A stretch of DNA of 62,657 nucleotides. It comes from an uncultured Candidatus Saccharibacteria bacterium. Lineage in GTDB: Bacteria; Patescibacteriota; Minisyncoccia; Phycocordibacterales; UBA2100. The stretch covers positions 1-62,657 of the forward strand of contig CAZJEQ010000006.1 in assembly GCA_964545165.1 (NCBI GenBank). Direction: 5' to 3'. The notes beneath the pieces were generated by a model. It was not told the origin of the DNA. It was given only the letters and a program-made list of their open reading frames with translations, and did not search any database. The position numbers and the translations under genes were made by a program. Every line of letters begins with the position of its first letter. The stretch's first letter is position 1. This document shows positions 15,612 to 21,726 of this stretch, piece after piece.

Positions 15612-15884
15612 ATGTCTCAAACAGGACCTGAGGTTATCGGGAAAGTGCTCGATGAGCTCGATGCGGCCATCGCCCAGGATCGCCGATCGGAGCTCAAGCC
15701 TGAAAACGAGCACGTGGTTGAATTCATCGCCCTCATGTGCGGTGAGGCTCGCAAGCATTACAAGAGCGGCCACTATGTGATTGCGGCAATGCAAACGGGC
15801 GCTGCTCGCGGCATCGCCGTGCAGATCAAGCTGTTGTCGAACGATCTGCTCGAGAGCGATCATACCGCTCCTGCTACGGGATAG
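15612..15884 (+). CDS. hypothetical protein (90 aa)
   Basis: ATG preceded by GAGGAtcagag. A TGTATAGT extended -10 box lies about 35 nt upstream. Helical, no recognisable family. Confidence 0.55.
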   Translation: MSQTGPEVIGKVLDELDAAIAQDRRSELKPENEHVVEFIALMCGEARKHYKSGHYVIAAMQTGAARGIAVQIKLLSNDLLESDHTAPATG

Positions 15885-15893
15885 GAGGACGTT

Positions 15894-16070
15894 ATGCCAA
15901 GTATCGAGGCGATGGCACGGGCCATCGCCGAGAGCGATGGCAATGGCCTTGAGGCGGAATTCAAAGAACAGCTCTACCGTCGCCTGGTGCAACTCGGCCA
16001 CGATGCGCCCCTACGTCTCGAAGGGCGGTACGCGGCCTTCTTGTCACCGCCCAAGGAAGAGGCATCGTAA
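15894..16070 (+). CDS. hypothetical protein (58 aa), not in the supplied ORF track
   Basis: Read by hand: atAGGAGGacgttATG, giving MPSIEAMARAIAESDGNGLEAEFKEQLYRRLVQLGHDAPLRLEGRYAAFLSPPKEEAS, TAA at 16068. Starts 10 nt after the stop of the 90-aa ORF. Confidence 0.5.
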   Translation: MPSIEAMARAIAESDGNGLEAEFKEQLYRRLVQLGHDAPLRLEGRYAAFLSPPKEEAS

Positions 16071-16192
16071 CCTTTCCTCGAAGAGAGGTTCCAACGCTAG
16101 CGCGGCCGGAAGACATGATTGTCGCCGGCCGTTTCGTATACATTGACCGCTCCCTACATTTTTGGGATGGTGAGGATCGCAGAGGAGGCACC

Positions 16193-16633
16193 ATGCCGAG
16201 AATCCGTTTGATGCGCAAGGCCGACATCCCCACCATCGTAGGCATCGTCGAGCAGAACTACCAGTCCGCTACGGCGAAGCTCGCGAGAAAGGAGCTGGCG
16301 GCAATGTTTAAGCCAGCATTGATTCGGCCGACGTACATCGTCGCGACAGACAAAGGCCGCGTCGTCGGTGTCGCAGGCTTCGTCGGATCGTGGAGCGATT
16401 TTCACGTCACTGAGATCTTCTGGGTCAATGTCGAGCCGAGCCGCCAGCGGCAAGGCATCGGCAAGAAACTGCTCAGCTGGATCATTCAGCGCTTGTACGC
16501 CAACAAAGCCGTGCATCTGCTGGAGCTCACGACAAGCATTCCGAAGTACTATCGCAAGAATTTCGGCTTCGTGACGGTCCGTATCTTCGGTCCAAAGCGC
16601 CGGCACAAAATGGTGCTCGATGTGATGAAGTGA
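16193..16633 (+). CDS. GNAT-family N-acetyltransferase
   Basis: 146 aa from ATG 16193 (gcAGAGGAGGcaccATG). Acetyl-CoA motif VNVEPSRQRQGIGKKLL. Confidence 0.8.
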   Translation: MPRIRLMRKADIPTIVGIVEQNYQSATAKLARKELAAMFKPALIRPTYIVATDKGRVVGVAGFVGSWSDFHVTEIFWVNVEPSRQRQGIGKKLLSWIIQRLYANKAVHLLELTTSIPKYYRKNFGFVTVRIFGPKRRHKMVLDVMK

Positions 16634-16644
16634 ACGAGTCTCGT

Positions 16645-16670
16645 GGCCGGTCCCCCAGGACCGGCCTTTT
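16645..16670 (+). terminator. terminator of GNAT cassette (junction module)
   Basis: GGCCGGTCC-ccca-GGACCGGCC-TTTT, immediately followed by GCATaaaTTGACG. Confidence 0.75.
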
Positions 16671-16731
16671 GCATAAATTGACGTCACCGTGAGAGCGAAT
16701 AAGATGCGCTGAGGCAACAACGGGAGTAGCT

Positions 16732-16968
16732 ATGACTGCGATGAATTTCGTCAGACTGAAGGGTAAGTTTCGCGCACGCCGGGGCGAGACGCGCCTCCGC
16801 ATCGAGCTCGATCGTCCGTACGAGACCCATGAATATGCGACGCTCGCCGACGAGCCGCAGGGTCTCGGTATCGTCTCGTCCGCCGGCCGCTACGCCGAGG
16901 GCCAAGAGGTCACGATCAAGCGAGTCATGCTGTCTCGCGCTTCCTTGATTGCGCACGAGATCGCCTGA
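16732..16968 (+). CDS. hypothetical protein (78 aa)
   Basis: Own promoter TTGACG-16-TAAGAT, SD acGGGAGtagctATG, and terminator at 17008-17042. Confidence 0.55.
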   Translation: MTAMNFVRLKGKFRARRGETRLRIELDRPYETHEYATLADEPQGLGIVSSAGRYAEGQEVTIKRVMLSRASLIAHEIA

Positions 16969-17007
16969 TCGGCAGCATCGACCCACACTGATCGCACATT
17001 CATCCGT

Positions 17008-17042
17008 GGCCGGTCGCACCATCTCAGGTGCACCGGCCTTTT
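17008..17042 (+). terminator. terminator (junction-module type)
   Basis: GGCCGGTcGCACC-atctca-GGTGCACCGGCC-TTTT, followed by GCAT. Confidence 0.7.
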
Positions 17043-17055
17043 GCATATAAAAACG

Positions 17056-17089
17056 AAAAGGCCTGTCTTCTGCGGACAGGTCCTTTTTT
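17056..17089. terminator. bidirectional hairpin
   Basis: AAAAGGCCTGTC-ttctgcg-GACAGGTCCTTTTTT. Serves the convergent minus-strand pair. Confidence 0.65.
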
Positions 17090-17107
17090 GTCTTGCGACA
17101 AGGTCGC

Positions 17108-17443
17108 CTACTTCTTGTAGACGGGGCTGATCACGATGTCCCCGCGAATTCGCTCGAAGGCTTCGCGCGACATCGTGAACGCATGATCGACGCGGGAGTT
17201 GCCCCAGACGTGCATCGCTTCGCGCAGATTTTTCACGACGAACTGCTTGCCGTGATGGTCCGTGACGATTACGACGGCGTCGTCTTCGGCATCGGCGATG
17301 CGCTTCTTGAACAGCACGCGCAGCTTCGCCATGACCTCATCGCGAGGCAGGGTACTGCTCGCGACATCCTTATGGAATGTTATTCCGAGCTGCATCAGTG
17401 CGGCACCGATCACGGCGTCGGAGCCTGTACGAATCTCATACAT
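17108..17443 (-). CDS. hypothetical protein (111 aa), paralog of 17494-17814
   Basis: Start ATG 17443 after ttGGAGGAcgaagacg. The C-terminal half aligns with the upstream neighbour (see findings). Confidence 0.6.
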   Translation of the reverse strand: MYEIRTGSDAVIGAALMQLGITFHKDVASSTLPRDEVMAKLRVLFKKRIADAEDDAVVIVTDHHGKQFVVKNLREAMHVWGNSRVDHAFTMSREAFERIRGDIVISPVYKK

Positions 17444-17493
17444 CGTCTTCGTCCTCCAAAAGGGCATATGATCTTCTAGATCGTGTCGGTGGT

Positions 17494-17814
17494 TCAGGCC
17501 GCCTGGCGAAAACTGGCGATCTGGATGTTGCCGCGATGCGCCTCGAGCGTGGCGCGCGAGACGGCGATGACGTCCTTGATTCTGAGCTGGTTGCGCCACA
17601 CATAGAGCGCTTCCGCCATGGAGCGCACTTCGTGGTTCACTTCCTTGTTGTCGACCAACAAGATCACGGCCTCGGGCACCGCGAACGCGCGATTGAGCTT
17701 CGCCGTTGCATTGGTGCGGCAGTCGAGCTCACCCTTTGTCGGCAGTGCGCCGAACACTGTGACGCTCTGCTGGGCCAATACGGAGCCAACGAGCGAGTTT
17801 GACGGATACAGCAC
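17494..17814 (-). CDS. hypothetical protein (106 aa), paralog of 17108-17443
   Basis: GTG start 7 nt after GGAGGA. Promoter-like TTGACG-17-TAGCGT lies upstream on the minus strand. Confidence 0.55.
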   Translation of the reverse strand: MLYPSNSLVGSVLAQQSVTVFGALPTKGELDCRTNATAKLNRAFAVPEAVILLVDNKEVNHEVRSMAEALYVWRNQLRIKDVIAVSRATLEAHRGNIQIASFRQAA

Positions 17815-17918
17815 TTTCAGATCCTCCAGCGAACCTAGTCGCTCGAAATACGCTACAACAATTATGAATTATCGTCAAATCGCAGTTTAAGCTCTCCGCC
17901 ACGACCATTTTGCATCAA

Positions 17919-17947
17919 TTGACGAGCATTTATGGGGATGACATAGT
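17919..17947 (+). promoter_or_regulatory. cassette promoter TTGACG-17-CATAGT
   Basis: ttttgcatcaaTTGACGagcatttatggggatgaCATAGT, then AAGGAGaatgcgATG (17975). Confidence 0.6.
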
Positions 17948-17974
17948 ACAGGCCGCGCAACCAAGGAGAATGCG

Positions 17975-18274
17975 ATGGATGACGAAGAACTGGCTCGGTG
18001 GCGAGACCTCCGGGCATCATATGGAAAGGTCCTCCACCCGGATAGACTGGCCGCAATGGGGCCCGGCACGCTCGGCAAGATTCCCGCGCGCGGCACGCTT
18101 GTCTCCGAACTCGCCGCACTTTCGGATCGGCTCCTGAAGTCGCCCAAAGCGTCGGACGAGTCCGACGCGGTCATGGTCGAGGCGATCGCCTTTGGCCTCT
18201 GTGTGGGGATCGGATACGCGGAGCCCGAAGGTATCGTCGACTTTCTCGACAAGATCGGGCTCAGGAATCGATAG
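17975..18274 (+). CDS. hypothetical protein (99 aa), one copy of a domain duplicated in 18477-19094
   Basis: Strong SD. C-terminal segment DAVMVEAIAFGLCVGIGYAEPEGIVDFLDKI resembles two segments of the next gene. Confidence 0.6.
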   Translation: MDDEELARWRDLRASYGKVLHPDRLAAMGPGTLGKIPARGTLVSELAALSDRLLKSPKASDESDAVMVEAIAFGLCVGIGYAEPEGIVDFLDKIGLRNR

Positions 18275-18304
18275 CTTTCTGAACATCCATGCAGCAGATC
18301 ATCG

Positions 18305-18337
18305 TGGCCGGACTCTATCGCCCAGAGTCCGGCCTTT
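18305..18337 (+). terminator. terminator (junction-module type)
   Basis: GGCCGGACTCT-atcgccc-AGAGTCCGGCC-TTTT. Confidence 0.75.
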
Positions 18338-18348
18338 TGCACGCCTTA

Positions 18349-18382
18349 ATCATTCGCCCATTCGCGCGAATGGGCGAATGAT
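18349..18382. repeat. 34-bp perfect palindrome (core repeated at 19149-19176)
   Basis: ATCATTCGCCCATTCGC|GCGAATGGGCGAATGAT. Confidence 0.95.
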
Positions 18383-18418
18383 GCTCTCCGCTGGCCTAGG
18401 CCTGGCCTTTTGCATGAA

Positions 18419-18447
18419 TTGACGAGCATCTATGGGAATGACATAGT
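18419..18447 (+). promoter_or_regulatory. cassette promoter TTGACG-17-CATAGT (copy of 17919-17947)
   Basis: ttttgcatgaaTTGACGagcatctatgggaatgaCATAGT, then GAGGAGaatgcgATG (18477). Lies exactly 500 bp from the previous copy. Confidence 0.6.
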
Positions 18448-18476
18448 GCAGGCCGCGCAGCCTAGAGGAGAATGCG

Positions 18477-19094
18477 ATGTTTAACGATTTCGTGCCCCAG
18501 TCGAAGGATACGCTCAGGGCGCAGCTCGACGCGTGGAATAGTGGCTCAGACCCCGAGGGAATTGTGCCGCTGCCGCCCGCTCTCGCCGGCCAAAAGCTGG
18601 CGACATTGATCCGAGCTGAACACCCGCCTGTCCCTGAGGCCGATCATGATGAGATCCGCGCCATCATGCCGGGTCTGATCGTGCTGAGTGAAAAGCTCAC
18701 CAGCAGCGATGATCTGATGACCCATTGGCATGGCTACGGCCTGATGATGCTGACCACCGGCATCGCGGTCGGCATGCGGCGTGTTCCGCTCGGCGTCTTC
18801 AGCAAGATCCAGGGCGACAACGAGACTGTGGCCGAGCGGCAACTGACGGTGCGAGTCCTCGCCATGCTGCTCTGCGATACCTACCCATCGATCAGCGACG
18901 AGGAGTTCGCCCAGGTAGAGCCGACGATGGTGCACCTCACCGACGTTGGTGAACGGGAGATGCGAGTCGACGACTATCGCATCTGTATGCGGGGCACCGC
19001 GATGCTGATGCTCGCGCTCGGCATCTGCATCGGGCTCCGCAAGATTCCCTTCTCTATCTGGAAGGAATATGTGCCCGCGCACATCGTGGAATGA
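18477..19094 (+). CDS. hypothetical protein (205 aa) with internal domain duplication
   Basis: HWHGYGLMMLTTGIAVGMRRVPLGVFSKI and ICMRGTAMLMLALGICIGLRKIPFSIWKEY are two copies of the motif seen once in 17975-18274. Confidence 0.65.
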   Translation: MFNDFVPQSKDTLRAQLDAWNSGSDPEGIVPLPPALAGQKLATLIRAEHPPVPEADHDEIRAIMPGLIVLSEKLTSSDDLMTHWHGYGLMMLTTGIAVGMRRVPLGVFSKIQGDNETVAERQLTVRVLAMLLCDTYPSISDEEFAQVEPTMVHLTDVGEREMRVDDYRICMRGTAMLMLALGICIGLRKIPFSIWKEYVPAHIVE

Positions 19095-19105
19095 TCTTTG
19101 GCAAC

Positions 19106-19136
19106 GGCCGAGCACCAGCGTGTGCTCGGCCGTTTC
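19106..19136 (+). terminator. terminator
   Basis: CGGCCGAGCAC-cagcgt-GTGCTCGGCCG-TTTCG. Confidence 0.7.
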
Positions 19137-19148
19137 GAATATCCGGCT

Positions 19149-19176
19149 ATTCGCCCATTCGCGCGAATGGGCGAAT
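19149..19176. repeat. 28-bp perfect palindrome (second copy)
   Basis: ATTCGCCCATTCGC|GCGAATGGGCGAAT, followed by gatgctccccgc as in copy 1 (gatgctctccgc). Confidence 0.95.
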
Positions 19177-19251
19177 GATGCTCCCCGCCTGGCGAAGGCC
19201 CGGCCTTTTGCATGAATTGACGAGCATTTATGAAGGAGTAGCATCAGTGGC

Positions 19252-20253
19252 ATGGAATTTATTGCCTACCGAGTGTTCAGTGCAGAATTGAAAAGAATTG
19301 AACAACTTTCTCTCATTACACCGTTTGCATTTGGGGCAACGCGAGCAGCTCTTGTTCAGAGTGTGCGCGATAAGAAATTAGACCTCGACCAGGAGATCAT
19401 GATCGACGGCGAGGCTGGCGAACGCCTTCCCGTCAAGCAGTTTCTTCACCGGCTAGATAGTCAGGCGCCTCGTTACCAGCGCGAACTTCTCTTTACGCGA
19501 CTTATATCCGCCCTGGAGGTATACCTGATCGACCTGATACGCGAAATGGCAACATCTGTTCCTAATGTATTTGAATCGGACGATCATTTAGACGTGTCTC
19601 GACGTGAACTTTTTTCATTCCAAAATATGAGAGAACTCCTTATGTACGTCGTGAACAAAGATTGCCGAGCGCTCAGCAGCGGCGGATTTAACGAAATTAC
19701 AAAATATTATAAGAATAAATTGGGCATCGATTATCGACCACTTACACCAGGAATTAATGTGCTACAGGAATACCACGATCGACGACATTTGCTGGTGCAT
19801 AAACTTGGACAGACTGATGAGGCTTACAGGCACAAGTATTCATCGGATGCAAAGAAAATCAGCATCGATTCCGCATATCTTCGCGGCGCAATTGCGAACA
19901 CTCGAGCTTTTTCCACGGAATTGAACAACCTGATAATGCAAAAGATGCTTGGGGTTCCGCCGAAAAGTACCGACGCCTATCGCGGAATCTGTATTTTGTT
20001 TTATCAAGACGAATTGCCGGAATTCTTGAAACCTGATTCTTCCTTTAGACACGGCGGTATTGAGATAGCTTTGTCTACAATAATGCTCCGCCATGAATTA
20101 AATAAAAATCGCGTCACCATGGCATTTGAAGGTGAACGCGCACCGATAGAATCCTTTGCTCAAACGCTCGCAAGCGCACACCGTAATGGCATCGTGAGAA
20201 TCGACTACGTAAATCCGAAGAATCTCTTTCCTAGAGATGTCCAGATATATTGA
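19252..20253 (+). CDS. hypothetical protein (333 aa), AT-rich, with HEPN-like Rx4H motif
   Basis: EYHDRRHLLVHKLGQ contains R-x4-H. An upstream helical segment LISALEVYLIDLIREM is present. Codon third positions are visibly A/T-rich, unlike the neighbouring genes. Confidence 0.7.
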   Translation: MEFIAYRVFSAELKRIEQLSLITPFAFGATRAALVQSVRDKKLDLDQEIMIDGEAGERLPVKQFLHRLDSQAPRYQRELLFTRLISALEVYLIDLIREMATSVPNVFESDDHLDVSRRELFSFQNMRELLMYVVNKDCRALSSGGFNEITKYYKNKLGIDYRPLTPGINVLQEYHDRRHLLVHKLGQTDEAYRHKYSSDAKKISIDSAYLRGAIANTRAFSTELNNLIMQKMLGVPPKSTDAYRGICILFYQDELPEFLKPDSSFRHGGIEIALSTIMLRHELNKNRVTMAFEGERAPIESFAQTLASAHRNGIVRIDYVNPKNLFPRDVQIY

Positions 20254-20339
20254 GAAATTCAACTAGTAGCTGCGGAGTTGCTTGGCGCGTTCGCCCGCCT
20301 CGCGTCGACGAGCAACGCGAGTCGAGGCGGGTGGAATCG

Positions 20340-21593
20340 TCAGTAGGAGCGCAACTGCTTTGCTCGCTCATGGAATCGAATTCTTTCCAGGGCCTTTGCT
20401 TCAATTTGGCGGATGCGCTCGCGGGTTACGCCGAATTCTCGGCCGACTTCTTCGAGGGTAAAGCAGATGCCCTCCGGCGTGAGGCCGTTGCGCATTTCGA
20501 GAATCTTGCGCTCCTTGGGCGAGAGCTCGTCGAGGATGGTACCCATCTGTTCGTTGAGAATACGGCGGGATGCGTCTTGATCGGGGCTCGCGATAGTGTC
20601 GTCGGCGATAAATGAGCCGAGGGTCGATCGCTCGTCATCGTCTTCACCGACAGGTGATTCCAATGAGACAGTGTCCTGATTGATCTTCTGAATAGTGTAA
20701 ATCTTTTCGACTTCGATACCCATTTCTGCGGCGATCTCTTCTGGGAGCGGATCGCGGCCGAGGTGCTGGGAGAGCTCGCGCACCTTCTGCTTGTATTTCG
20801 CGATGGTCTCCACCATGTGCACCGGGATGCGGATGGTGCGCGACTGGTCGGCCAGCGCACGGGTGATGGCCTGGCGGATCCACCAGGTAGCGTAGGTCGA
20901 GAATTTAAAGCCTTTGGTCCAGTCGAATTTGTCGACGGCCTTGAAGAGGCCGAGGTTGCCCTCCTGAATGAGGTCGAGGAGGGTGAGATCGGGGCTGCGG
21001 TTTACGTACTTCTTCGCAATAGAGACAACGAGGCGGAGGTTGGAGCGGGCGAGAATGCTACGAGCCTCCTCGTCCCCTTCCAAGATGCGCTGTGCGAGCT
21101 CACGCTCCTGCTGACCATTGAGAAGCGGATACTGACCGATCTCGCGGAGGTACATCTGCACCGAGTCGTAATTCGAATCAGAGCGGCGATGCTGGAGCTT
21201 CTTCTTCTCGAGGACTTCCGTCGCCGAGGTATCTTCGAGCATGCCACCGCCTTCGAGCACGTCGATGCCCGCCGTCGCAAATTTCTCATACATCTGCTCG
21301 AGCAGCTCGACATTGTCTTCGATCGTCGGGAATTCGCGGATGATTTCGTCGTACGTGATGTAGCCACGCTCACGACCGAGCGTGATGAGCGCCTCTACTT
21401 TGTCGGAGGCCTTGCCCTTGGTTGGGCCCGATTGATTGCGGAGCGGGACCTTCTTCTTGGCCACTACCTTGCGATTGGCGCGCGCGGTAGCAGAGCTGCG
21501 CTTCTGGATCTTGGCGCGGCGGACAGGCTTTTTCGCGCGGGAGACGCGCGAAATCTTTTTTGCGGGCTTTTTCTTTTTGGAGGTCTTTGCCAT
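20340..21593 (-). CDS. rpoD: primary RNA polymerase sigma factor
   Basis: Region 2 ([37 protein letters not shown]), region 3, and region 4 ([20 protein letters not shown]). Lys/Arg-rich N-terminus. Confidence 0.95.
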   Translation of the reverse strand: MAKTSKKKKPAKKISRVSRAKKPVRRAKIQKRSSATARANRKVVAKKKVPLRNQSGPTKGKASDKVEALITLGRERGYITYDEIIREFPTIEDNVELLEQMYEKFATAGIDVLEGGGMLEDTSATEVLEKKKLQHRRSDSNYDSVQMYLREIGQYPLLNGQQERELAQRILEGDEEARSILARSNLRLVVSIAKKYVNRSPDLTLLDLIQEGNLGLFKAVDKFDWTKGFKFSTYATWWIRQAITRALADQSRTIRIPVHMVETIAKYKQKVRELSQHLGRDPLPEEIAAEMGIEVEKIYTIQKINQDTVSLESPVGEDDDERSTLGSFIADDTIASPDQDASRRILNEQMGTILDELSPKERKILEMRNGLTPEGICFTLEEVGREFGVTRERIRQIEAKALERIRFHERAKQLRSY

Positions 21594-21726
21594 ATGAAAA
21601 AAATCGTTAAGCGCATAAAAACAGCCCCGTATACGGAAGCTGCCTTCACTGTGTTTTACGCTTTAGCCCTTCTGTTTATTCCATTTCTCGTGAAGAAAGG
21701 ATGAAACAAATGGGTAGTGGCCCATT

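Noticed and set aside
16193-16633. GNAT as the toxin of a canonical GNAT-RHH toxin-antitoxin pair.
   Set aside because: The upstream small ORFs are separated from the GNAT by a terminator and a separate promoter. There is no overlapping antitoxin gene, and I recognised no RHH/DUF1778 sequence. It is kept only as a low-interest hypothesis.
15469-20330. Interpretation of the cassette array as an integron.
   Set aside because: No intI-type tyrosine recombinase or attI site is present in the window. The junction hairpins lack the RYYYAAC/GTTRRRY attC core sites. Each cassette carries its own promoter, unlike promoterless integron cassettes.
13050-20330. Interpretation of the 13-20 kb accessory block as a prophage.
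   Set aside because: I recognised no integrase, terminase, portal, capsid, tail or lysis genes, and no flanking direct repeats. Only the moron-like gene architecture and a PD-(D/E)XK nuclease hint at phage ancestry.
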